Source: Lytechinus pictus (lineage: Eukaryota). From it: a stretch of DNA of 64,000 nucleotides. The DNA is taken from the NCBI RefSeq assembly GCF_037042905.1, contig NC_087254.1, positions 32,550,001 to 32,614,000 of the forward strand, in the 5' to 3' direction. The notes beneath the pieces were generated by a model. The model was not told where the DNA came from. It saw only the letters and a list, made by a program, of their open reading frames with translations, and did not search any database. Below are positions 51,492 to 63,265 of the stretch, in pieces (positions within the stretch are counted from its first letter, which is position 1; every line of letters starts with the position of its first letter). A program made the translations under genes and the position numbers.

Positions 51492-54232
51492 TAGTCCAGG
51501 ATCGAAGAGGCATAACCTTGTTTTTTTATATATACAATATTTTTTGATGGTTTCTTGTCAATTCGAGGGTGCTGATTACCAAACTGAATGATGCCATTCG
51601 TGTAACCTTGAGCATTTTCCGCAAATTGGCAAAATCCAATATGGCCGCCAAAATATGCAAATTACCCATGAAAATCATAAAATTGTCCGCACATTGGCTA
51701 TGAAATGCATGAAATCGTGTGGCAGGAGTGAAATACTCTGTCAAAAAATAATTTTTGACAAAATATTTATTTTCCTGATATTCAAAATGGCCGCCATAGG
51801 CCCCTGTATACTCTATTATGTACAATATGAATAGGGAAAACTAGTTTTCACAAAAATGAGCACTAAACTGCAAAAAATCGCGATGTATGAACGAAGTAAT
51901 ATATGCAAATCATCATTACTAACGAGATATATCATTTATTATGTCATACATGTATATGGGAACATTGCTGTATTTTGATATCTAAAATAGCCGCCACTGG
52001 CCCAAACAGTATTGCGTATAATGGCAATGGGGGCCAAAAAAATCACAAGAGTGATCACTAAAATGCATATTATTAAGATTAAATGAGTGGAATACTGACT
52101 AAAAACATAATTGTTAACGAAATATATTATTAATATGCCATGTATGTGATGAATGTTGTATTTTGATATTCAAAATGGCTGCCAAAGGCCCTAAAAGTAT
52201 TATGCACAATGAGAAAGAGGAGCAAAGAAATCACAAGAGTGAGCTCTAAAATGCATATGTCTGTGATAAATTAATGGGATACTGTCTAAAAACGTATTTT
52301 CTAACAAAATATATCATTCAGGTTTCAAGTTTGTGTTAAATACTGTATTTTGACTTTCAAAATGGCCGCCATAGACAATGCAAAGTGGGAAACCAATATT
52401 CACAGGAGTGAGCACCATGAATGCACGTAATAGTGATCTATGAGTAAAATATTGTCTGAAAGCATAATTTCTATTAAGATATATCATTTATTCTGCCAGT
52501 TAGGTGATAAATACTGTTATTGGAATGTCAAAATGGCCGCTACAGGCCCTTACAGTATTATGCACAATGTGAATAGGAACAAATCATTTCAACAGATTTT
52601 GGCTTTGCTTGGCCAAATGGTGATGTATGAGTGAAATATTGTCTGAAAACATGATTTATAACAAAATGTATCATATCTTATGTAATTTAGGTGATAAATA
52701 CTGTATTTCAACATTCAAAATGGCTGCCATATGCTCTTTTTGTGAACATTATTTGTCTCCATTCAAATTTCATATTATACGATAAGGGCCTATGGTGGCC
52801 ATTTTCAATTAAAAAATGCAGCATTTATCACCTTAATTACACAACATTATGATATATCTCGTTAGAAACCATGGTTTTAGACAATATTTCACCCTTAGAT
52901 CGCAATTCACAATTATATGCAATATTTAGAGTCAAGCAAAGCCAAATTCTGTCAAAATTCTATGTCCCATGTTACAATGTACACAATACTTTTAGGACCT
53001 ATGGCAGCCATTTTGGATTTCAAAGTACAGCATTTATTACCTCCACGACCAATATGTGATGTATTTAGTTAGAAACCATGTTTAAGACAATATTTTTACT
53101 CGTATATCACAGTAATATGCATTTTATGATTCTCACTATTGTGAAAATTAGTTTCTCTATTCGCATGTTACATAATATAATTAGGGCTTGAATGTCAAAA
53201 TACAGTATTTATCACCTATATGGCAGAAAAAATGCTATAATTTATAAAAAAAAATATGTTTTCAAATAACATTTTACTCATACAACAGGATTATATGGAT
53301 GTCATAGTCAAACAAAATCCAAGTTCTTACAAAATTATATGTCCCCATTCACATTGTAGTTAATACTGTTAGTGCCTATAGGGGCCATTTTGAATTTCAT
53401 AATACAGCATTTATCTCATGCATGACATAAAACATGTTGTCGGACAATATTTTACTCGTAGATCACAATTACATGCATTTTATGTTTCTTACTCGTGTGA
53501 AAATTAGTTTCTCCATTCGCATTGTACATGATAAATATAGGGCCTATGGCGGCCATTTTGAATTTCAAAATGCAGCATTTATCACATAAATGGCATATTA
53601 ACAATTATGTTTTTAGTCAGTATTCCACTCTTTATCTTAATAATATGCATTTTAGTGCTCACTCTTAATTTTCATTTTTTTGGCCCCGGCCGTTGCCATT
53701 GTACATAATACTGTTTGGGCCAGTGGGCTATTTTAGATATCAAAATACAGCAATGTTCCCATATATGACATAATAAATGATATATCTCGTTAGTAATGAT
53801 GATTTGCATATATTACTTCGTTCATACATCGCGATTTTTTGCAGTTTAGTGCTCATTTTTGTGAAAATTAGTTTTTCCTATTCATATTGTATATAGTAGA
53901 GTATACAGTGGCCTATGGCGGCCATTTTGAATATCAGGAAAATAAATATTTTGTCAAAAATCATTTTTTGAGAGAGTATTTCACTCCTGCCACACGATTT
54001 CATGCATTTCATAGCCAATGTGCGGACAATTTTATGATTTTCATGGGTAATTTGCATATTTTGGCGGCCATATTGGATTTTGCCAATTTGCGGAAAATGC
54101 TCAAGGTTACACGAATGGCATCATCCAGATTCATAATCAGCACCCTCGAATTGACAAGAAACCATAAAAAAATATTGTATATATAATAAAACAAGGTTTG
54201 GTCAAGTTTCTATTGGGGCCTATCCTGGACTA
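51492..54232. mobile_element. 2.7-kb foldback-type non-autonomous element (inverted arms of ~187-bp tandem units)
   Basis: Termini TAGTCCAGGAT / ATCCTGGACTA. The outer several hundred bp are near-identical inverted repeats (mirror ORFs 51526-51825 and 53887-54186), and the AAAATGGCCGCC motif switches strand near 52760. Confidence 0.85.
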
Positions 54233-54890
54233 TATTATTATCATCTAAACATAATTATGTAAAAGATCAATCATTGATTAAATTATTTGGTGTCTTTCAT
54301 AGTAAACGGTTATTTGTTAATGTTTGTTATTACTATATTATAGTTACATACTTATCATTGAATGATAATAGATCTCATGATTACTTATCTGGCAATAAAG
54401 GTAGAATTGATCGACACTTGTATCATCGAGAATTAAAAGTCTAGAAACTGTTGACATACTGGAAATTTGTGGCGAACTATTTTCCAAGGGGGCCCTATTA
54501 ATCTCTTTTAAGCCTCTGTATACCTACAAATGCTCTTGGAAAGAATTCCACAAAATAAACATTTAACGAGAGGTCACTCTTGTAGAAGAACTTTTTTTTT
54601 TACAAGAGCTCACCAGGAGGTCATGGATTCTTACAACCTAAACATCTCCGATCTTGGAGAGGTGAACGAATGACCGCAAAGAATTGGTTCAGTCAACAAA
54701 GTTTAAAATCATTTCAAACACCAAAATCTCGCTAGAATGTAATTTCCAAATGAGTGCTTGCATGGATACCATTTTATTCCTTGCTATCAGTAGTCGGTCG
54801 CTTGAAAGGCCTTGGTTTTACCCCTCCCTTCCGTAGCCTGCAATGAAGATCATATTAGTTCTCCATGCATGCTGTTCCCGGACCTAACGT

Positions 54891-55348
54891 GCAGAAGTTG
54901 ATTTTGACTTGTCAGTTCCGTCTCTTGGATCAATCCTGCGCAGCTCCAGGATCTATCATGAAAAGAAAGATCTTGCCAGAGTTGATTTAGACCATTCAGT
55001 TCCATTTCGAGGCATGTTGGCCAGGATCCTACCGCTATATAATTGATCTATCACAACTAAATCTTGCAGAAGTTGATGTGGACCTGTCTGTTATGTTTCC
55101 AGATGTTTTAACCTGGATCAATCCTGCAGCTCCAGGATTCATCATCACGTCAAAGATCTCGCAACAGTTGATTTGGACCGGTCAGTTCTGTTTCAGGCGT
55201 GTTGGCCTGGAACCTGCAGCTCCGTGATCTATCATGACTATAAAGCTCTTGCAGAAGTAGATTTTGACCTGTCAGTTCCGATTGCAGGTGTTTTGACTCG
55301 GATCCTGCAGCTTCAAGATCTATCATGACTTCAAAGATCTTGCAGGAC
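54891..55348. repeat. Degenerate ~90-bp tandem repeat (5 units plus a partial sixth)
   Basis: Units start at 54891, 54975, 55066, 55161, 55251 and 55342, sharing GCAGAAGTTGAT..GACC.GTCAGTT..GGA..CTGCAGCTCC..GATCTATCATG..AAAGATCTT. Confidence 0.85.
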
Positions 55349-55856
55349 TATGTGCAGCTGACTTTGTCACATACAAGTGAAGCACTTGTAATATCAGGTT
55401 GGCTGGACGTGATCCATACTCGGCCTCAGGACAGTAGCATTAAGTTCTGATATGCTTCTTTCTTCCATATGCCTCACATACTTCTTTGCATGTCCAAATC
55501 AGATAGAAATGATTCTGCTGATGGCACTATCATTTTGTCTCGCAATATAATGTCCTTATGGTGAGAAATGTTTCTTACACTTTCGATAGATGAAAAATTC
55601 GTCTTCCCATCGAATAGGATGATGAATATAACCTTCTTGATGTATTCGTCTGTTGCCTCTAATATTCTTTGTCGAGCATAATGCATGCTTCACAGTGGCT
55701 TTGCTTTCCCCTACTTATGATTAACCAAGTCTTAACTTATTTTTTTGACAAAATATATGCCTGAGTCTTAGAAGGCGTGTGCGACACATTAAATGTACGT
55801 TCGATTAATTCTCTCCAATCGTACCCGACGTCCCAAGCTATTGGAAAATGTACAGT

Positions 55857-56100
55857 CACTAGCGTACCTACGGGGGGGGGGCAGGGGGGGGGCACTCTCC
55901 CCCTGACGAGTCACAACCAAAGCAAAAGACGTATCTTTGCCCCACCTGACGGGCTTGAAAAACCTTTTTTGCCCCCCCCCTGACGAGCTTGAAGACCTTT
56001 ATTGCCCCCCTGACGAGCTTGAAGACCTTTTTTTTTTTTTTTTTTTTTTTTTGCTTGTCAATTTTTTTCTGGTACGGAATCCTTTATTTGTGATCGAAGA

Positions 56101-56131
<31 letters not shown>

Positions 56132-56198
56132 GTGCTTGTCAAATTTTTTGGCGGACGGTTTTGCCCCCCCCCCTTTGAAAACCCTAGGTACGCCACTG
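55857..56198. mobile_element. Non-autonomous hAT element
   Basis: 8-bp TSD TGTACAGT on both sides; TIR CACTAGCGTACCTACGG / CCCTAGGTACGCCACTG. Confidence 0.8.
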
Positions 56199-57781
56199 TG
56201 TACAGTTGTACATTATTTATCTTTATATCATCTAGAAATTATTGTAAAATGTCTGTAAATTATGCAAATAATTCTACTGCCCAGCATTATAATCAAATAA
56301 AAAAAAAAGATACATGCAGTGGCAATTCCTTCTAGATCGTAAGTAAACTACACGTAGATGCTGAAACTATGGGCAATGAAAGAACTAATCTCAAGCAGGT
56401 TTGAAGCTAAACCAGCACCTTTACACTGCTTTCTATTTTCCAACCATACTTTTGATGATCTGTTACAATATACAATATATTGCAGTCTACTGCTTCATCT
56501 TCATGATTTGTAGGATGCGGCGTTAGTAATTAGTGTCAATAAGGCCTACAGAGATTTTAATTTCTCTCAAGAGATTGTGTTATATAATCACCAAATGTAC
56601 TGCTTCGTTACATATTCAAAAGTAGTGCACGTACAGTCAACGATGCTTGGGGCTGTTTCATGTCTGCTGTCCATGCTGAAATGCTATACAGGGAACATGC
56701 AGTCAATGATGATTGGGGCTGTTTCAGGTCTACTGTGCATGCTATTCAAGTCAGTCAATGATATGAAAACCTTACTGACAAGTTAGTGTGTGGGCATTAC
56801 TCGACTTTTTTTTTTTACATCACAATGAAGCTTTGTTCATATCAATCAATTTCAATTTCAGCTTCCCTTTGCCCTCAAAGTTCAGTGTCTTTCCCCAGTG
56901 TCCCATGCTACATCCACTACAATACCCTGTCTTATTTTCATAACAGGAGAGATCCTATGTAATTGATAAATAGTAAGCACATTTAATGACCCAGCAATGA
57001 TTTTTTTCTGTGTGTTAGCTGTGTCATGTATGAGTAAAAAGTATGAAGAAAAAATGAAATTACTTACACCGAAATTAGGTTTGTTACCTATATACGTTGT
57101 TTAGCAACTGTTGCTATGGTTGGAATGTTGCTTGATATGTGATTGTGAAATTGGCGCTTAGAAGTCAAAATATAGTTTTAAAATTGAGATTACACCCCCA
57201 AATTGGTGGTTGCTAAGGTCAATAAGTTACCTAGCAACTGTTGCTATACGAGGAGAGATCAGGTTGGCACCTCCAGCTGAAAATGTTCAGCACCTTTTAC
57301 TCTACCTGTCAGCCAAATTTCATGCTTGTACCATAATCTGAACAATTCTTGCTATTTTTTGCACCGATCATCTAGAGAGAGAGAGAGGGAGAGAGAGAGA
57401 AGGGGGAGGGGGAAGGGAGTACAGGGGGGGGGGGTAAGGGGATGTTACTGGGAATTATCGAGGGGGAATAATGATAAGTGAGGACCAGGAAAACAAACAT
57501 GAGTGATCGAAATAATTTAACATTTCTTGGAACAAAAGGGAAACAGAAATAGAGAGAGAGAGAGAGAAAGAGAAAGAGAGAGTACGTCGCATTTATTAAG
57601 AAGTGAATGCAAAGTGCAAAATGCAATGATTGAGTAATGACGTTGTGTTTGTACATTTTAAAGTGATTGTGGAGGGCTAGGCCCTATCTTCATTCAGGAT
57701 CTAAATTGTTTTTTTTTTCTCTCTTGCAGCTAATATTATAATCATAATTACAAACCTTTAGGTCAGACAGGCATTCACCTG

Positions 57782-57937
57782 GGGCCCGTTGCATAAAACT
57801 TTTTACCTAAGAAAACTCTGGTAAAAACTGAAAAATAAGGTTAGTCTGATTTCTGCCATTGACTTTAACACAGGGCAAAAACTCCGATAAAAACAACCTG
57901 AGTTTTTTCAGGTAAAAAGTTTTATGCAACCGGGCCC
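57782..57937. mobile_element. PIF/Harbinger-type MITE
   Basis: CTG|GGGCCCGTTGCATAAAAC ... GTTTTATGCAACCGGGCCC|CAG. Confidence 0.7.
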
Positions 57938-58844
57938 CAGGGATTTTTAATCTGATCGGTCGCTTACTTGCTGTGATAATGATGACTGCAGCCATAAGCA
58001 TCCATATCATGGATACTGCTTGCTATTGAGGGGGAAATTATCATTTTTTTTTCAATTATTATGAAGTATGTAATGATGTTTTCTATAGCTAGGCTTCACA
58101 TTATCTCATTCGTTGACAGCACGCAAGGTGCCACAGCTCAGATTTTTTTACAGACCCGCACAAAAGTACTCAATTAATCAAATGTTAATAAGAATATAGG
58201 CTTAAGTGCCAATTAGGCATCAGAACAAAGGTTTCTAAACATGAAAAGAATAATTATGTTTCGATATTATATTTCTTTATTTACAGGCTTTAGCAGCATG
58301 GGCGGAAATCACGGGGGACAGGGGAGACACGCCCCTACCCAAAATAGTGGGGGGGGGGACAAAATATCAAATGTCCCCCTACTATTCTTGGTCTTTTATG
58401 ATGTAAAGAAATAGATCATTCAAAATCGAAATAAAACATGTATTTTGGACGAGAGGACCTTACTTTTTGTAAATAACTTTTTTTTTGCTTGTCAAATTTT
58501 CCAGCCCCTGGTCCCCCTATCTTTGGGGAGAGATTTCCGCCCTTGTTAAACAGGGCAAACCTGTACGTTGCAAGTGGATTGTTATGGTGATCGTACGTTG
58601 AGATGAAAAGCCCTCTTATTTTCTTTGTACAACACATGATATTTCACATCCTGTTTCACTTTTCTGCTGGGTTAATATTACATATGACGGTAGACGTATT
58701 ATCATGTAGTTGTAAACTCGTAGCTGAAGTTCGACGTTCCCCAAGGTAAAATTATTATTGTTATATATTGTATTATTGCCTTTTTATTCGCAGGAGTTAA
58801 AAGTGTGTAGGCTCAAGGGAAAAAATAATGATATCCATTAATAG

Positions 58845-59430
58845 GCACGGCCGTAGTCACTAGATGGCGCTGTCGCGGAAGTGCTCAAAATTTGTACGCA
58901 AGCTTCGTTCGCATGTCAATCATTGCAATCGCATAGCGATGCGATATCGTCAAAATTAAGCCCCTGTTAGCGCGGATGTGTATGATATTTTCTCTTTGTG
59001 ATTGTCCTCCCGTGCGATGAAAAATATGTCATCGTATTGCACAGGACTTTCGCGAGCTACCGATACCATTTTCGTGCCCCAAATTCCATGAAATCTTCCG
59101 AAAATAAACATGAAAGTGTCGGTAAGTCGAAAATGTCTTGAGTTGCTTTCAATTCTTACCTTATTTAGTTGTATTTCTTGTAAAATGGGTCTCGAAGGGT
59201 TCCGGATTTTCCGTTGATTGTGAAAGTTGAGTTGATTTCCTTTCTGTGTATTGCAGTGAAATTGCAGCGCGGGGAATCGCAAGGGCTGGGGAAGCCCTTC
59301 TCAGTGAGGTTTGCAAGCTGAGCTGTCCTTAAATTTGGTCGAATTTCGAGCCATTTTAATCGCGCGCGGGATGATTAATTTACATCATAATAGAGATTAA
59401 GATTACGTCACGTACGTGCGTACCTGTGAT
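58845..59430. promoter_or_regulatory. CpG-rich promoter-like region with CTCF-like (TCACTAGATGGCGCTG 58857-58872), ETS-like (CGGAAGT) and CRE-like (TTACGTCA) motifs
   Basis: CpG density rises sharply against the AT-rich background, and the motifs are read directly. The direction of transcription is unresolved. Confidence 0.55.
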
Positions 59431-60640
59431 ACACACAGAAATGAAATTGAACTTGAATCACACGGAATCACAGTCAAGAAATGCTTTGTTTTCTTCGTTT
59501 GCTGAATGATTTCCTGAATTTAAAATCATGAATAAACACCAGAGTAATGACATGAATAAGATAATCATGGTCATATTTGAGAAATAACTAAATATTTTCT
59601 GAAAACGAGTGAAGATGATGGGGCAGTGATGTGCATGCACTGGAAAATGAACATTCACTGTCAGTGTCAGTGCCGTGGTGTCAGTGTTTTACTGCCAATA
59701 CTGGCTTTAGCCTTTACTTTTGCCAACTACCGGTAGATTAAAAACTCATTTATTGATATGTTTATTGCAATTTTTGAATAAATGGTAATACAAAGTGGGA
59801 AAAAAAAGATAAATGAAGATAATAATAATTTTGACTAAAAACTTGTCATGCCATCACCCCCCCCCCTAAAAAAAATACCCACTATCTTGAATGACTCAGG
59901 TAATTTAATTTGTATTGAAAAAAATAAACAATTGTATTTATGCATTTTATATTTCTGATTCTTTCTGCCAGAATACCAGATGCCATCATGAATAACCTCA
60001 CCACCAGGTTGAACTCATAAACATCTTGATGATGACTATCTCCCGAGATATATCTTGCCTTCTTGAGATTGGAAGTTTTAAGTTCAAGTCAGAGCGACCT
60101 AAGGCCCTACTACCAAGAAGAATCCAGATTTACATAAAAACAAATCCCACGAAAGATACAAACTGATTTTACTATTAATGTGTAGTGTGTGTGTGAGACA
60201 CTGTTTGTGTTTATTTTGATGAGGATCTCCTGTCTCTTTTTATTATTTCATTGACTGAATGAATGATCAATACCTAAAAGTGAGAACTGATTTTTGAGGA
60301 GAGTAGATAAGTGTATGGTTTTGAGTGAATTTGAGTAACTTTTGTTTTTATTACCGGTATTTTTTTCATCATTATTATTATTTTGCCTTTTATTACATAT
60401 TTTCAGTTTATTTAACATTAAGTTTAAGTAACCAAACTTGATCAAAGTGTTCAATTTTTGGGATAGAATTTTGTAATTTCATTTATCAGGTAATAAAACT
60501 GAGTTTGGTAAATCTAAAAAAGGACACTAAAAATATGAACACTTGGAGATGCTCACTAAGATGAGGAAAAAACATGAAAGGAACTGGAACTTAAGTGGAT
60601 GTTATAGCATGCCTTTCGAAGATCTCCAAGCACCTGGAAT

Positions 60641-60885
60641 CATAGGCGGTGGAAGTGGGGGGGGGGACGTATCCCACTAAATTTTAGGTGGGGAGGGGAC
60701 GACCCCCCCCCCCTCAATTTTTTGTTGATAACCTTTTTTTTTTTTTTTTTTTTTTGGCTTGTCAATTTTCACTTTTGTTTCCTGTGTCCCCCCCCCCTAA
60801 GATTTTTGGTCACTATTTTTTTTTTTTTTTTTGTCAAAAAGTTTTGGCGGTTCCCCCCTAAAATTTTTGGCTTCCGCCGCCAATG
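60641..60885. mobile_element. Non-autonomous hAT element
   Basis: CATAGGCGGTGGAAG / CTTCCGCCGCCAATG ends; TSD CCTGGAAT / CCAGGAAT (7/8). Confidence 0.7.
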
Positions 60886-60962
60886 CCAGGAATGATGATG
60901 TTCAACTGAGAGTCGCTGAAGTGGAACTTGTTGCAGAGAATGATTATTCCAGGACAAGTTAG

Positions 60963-61046
60963 ATGATATTACCCAGCCCATACATCACAACAATGGAAGG
61001 GAGACAATATACCCCTGTACTACGTGAAGTATCATATTATCTTCAG
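60963..61046 (+). CDS. Possible first coding exon of an unidentified downstream gene (MILPSPYITTMEGRQYTPVLREVSYYLQ)
   Basis: ATG-initiated frame ending at a CAG|gttggt donor, downstream of the CpG-rich region and of an acceptor at 59971. No recognisable domain. Confidence 0.2.
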
Positions 61047-61625
61047 GTTGGTTTGGAAAGTAATAATAGTCCTCTAGTCAATATTAACGTCTGTCCAACA
61101 TAATGGTACTATCGAGCAATTTGGGGGTTCAATCACAAACAGCAAAAGTTTAGTAAATTGACACTAGTAAGATAATTAAACAAATATAATACAGCCAAAC
61201 TGTCTGACCCCTTACTTGACTACTGACTTAACTACTTATTAAAAAATGACAAGTGATGCTTAGGCCCTTTGTAACCATTGTATTGGGCAGACTTTGAAGC
61301 AGATGACTAGAATTCATACTTTCATGAAGATGAAGGAAGATCAAAAGAATTATTACAATTTAGCAAATATGAAATTAGAACACTGTCATGGTTATAAAAA
61401 ATAATGAATTTCTATCAAGTAAAATGACAATACAATGTAAGAAATAATTGCAATCAAGTAATTTCATTTGCAAAAGATATTTTCCATAATTTAATGACCA
61501 AATTTCTCAAGATAATATTCTTCTGCACAGAAGTGTATGACACGCTCAGTGTAAATCATGCTGTTTATAAATCTCTAGGAAACCTTTTTTTTCAAAATGA
61601 AAATACATGTAAACTTAATAAAAAC

Positions 61626-61827
61626 CAGGGGTGGATCCAGGATTTATCCTGGGGGGGGGGGGGGCACATTTTCATGATGAAAATTTGTCAAGCAAAAAAA
61701 GGGCCTTGCTTTCCGGGGGGGGGGGCATACTTTGGTGAAAATGGCATATTTTCATTACAAATCTCGACTGAGGCTCTCTAAGGGGGGGGGGGTGAGCCAG
61801 ATGTGCCCTCCCCCAGATCCACCAGTG
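61626..61827. mobile_element. Non-autonomous hAT element
   Basis: CAGGGGTGGATC / GATCCACCAGTG ends; TSD ATAAAAAC / ATAAAAAT (7/8). Confidence 0.6.
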
Positions 61828-62774
61828 ATAAAAATCAACATTTGTGAAAGATGGCATACGTACCTTATACTGAATTGGTAAATTCAATGCATATGTCTAC
61901 AAAATGAAACTGACATGTTTGAATAAATTGCTTATTTTTGTTTCTAGAAAGAATTCATTAATAACAGCTTAGAGTTATTGAGAAAACATCAGGCAAACAT
62001 AACATTCTGATATGCAATAACTAAATCTGTTTTAAATATGCTTTGTTTATGTCAAAGGCTTTATCGAAATAAGATTATGCTATAATTTATAAATTACTGC
62101 ATTTTGGAGCCCATTAAAATTCAAAATGAATCATATAGGGCAGTGCCACACCTTATTCACTAAAATAAAGGAGGGGTGCAGCTGAAAAATCTCATCAGCA
62201 GGGGCAATAATTTTCACCGCCATTTCAATAGTACTATTAGATATCCTGAAAACACATAATTAAAATAAAATTAACTTTCTCTCAGGAAGTGCCCCTGTAT
62301 ACTATTACAGCCCTTGACCAGTATATTCTCTCAAGAGGTTCAATAATTCCTTCTCTTCCCTTAATTGTAGAGTCGGTTCGGGTGCGAATGTGTCTGAAAA
62401 AAATGATAAGCCAAAAAAAAAAGATCATTAGTAAAAATTGTAGAGTGAACAGAACATATCATTAAAAAAAAATGACAAGCAAAAACAAAGATTGATCTGG
62501 CATTGGAAAATAAAAGGAAATTAATGAACACCGCCCCCCCCCCCCCCCCGCTTCAACATTTTTTGTTGTTTGCTTCTCCTGCTTACAACTTTATAACTTT
62601 ACCTGATACACCATATATGGACCTTTCAAAACTTTTGGCTCCATTATCATGACTTTGCCACTGTTCAAGTATTATTTATTTGAAACCAATGCTAAGACTA
62701 TAAGGTGAAATGAAATTATATAAAGAAAAAAAAAATTCACAAAGTATAAAATCATAATGATGTAGGTCATGTTG

Positions 62775-63265
62775 AAATTAGACCCTGGACTGGACTCAAA
62801 ATTAGATCAAGTGTAGTGTAGACCAAATGTAAATTACACAAAGTGTAGACCAAATGGCAATTTAAAAAAATTAGACCAACTGGACATTTCGCAAAATGAG
62901 GATTAGACCAAGTGTAGACCAAATGGGTTTAGCCCATTTGGCATTAGACTAAATGAGAAGTGGGCAAACTGCATGTAGACCAAACGAATATATACATATT
63001 TCACACTGTGGAACTGCATGATATAAAGCCAATTTTATGTACCGGTATTTGACAAAGTAAAAAAAATTGTAATTATGTAGGTTATGCTGAAATTAGACCA
63101 ACTGGACATTTCGCTAAATGAGAATTAGACCAAGTGTAGTGTAGACCAAATGGCAATTCAGTAGACCAAATGGGTTTAGCCCATTTGGCATTAGACTAAA
63201 TGACAAGTGGGCAAACTGCATGTAGACCAAATGAACATACACCATGTACACATATTTCACACTTG
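62775..63265 (+). repeat. Array of TAGACCAA motifs within a local tandem duplication
   Basis: More than 12 TAGACC(A) motifs; block ~62868-63008 recurs at ~63091-63262. Confidence 0.75.

Noticed and set aside
51526-54186. Two near-identical 99-aa ORFs on opposite strands
   Set aside because: Mirror images from the arms of the foldback element; no recognisable domain or splice context.
54891-55348. CRISPR-like repeat-spacer array
   Set aside because: Eukaryotic context, units are homologous along their whole length with no unique spacers, and there are no cas genes.
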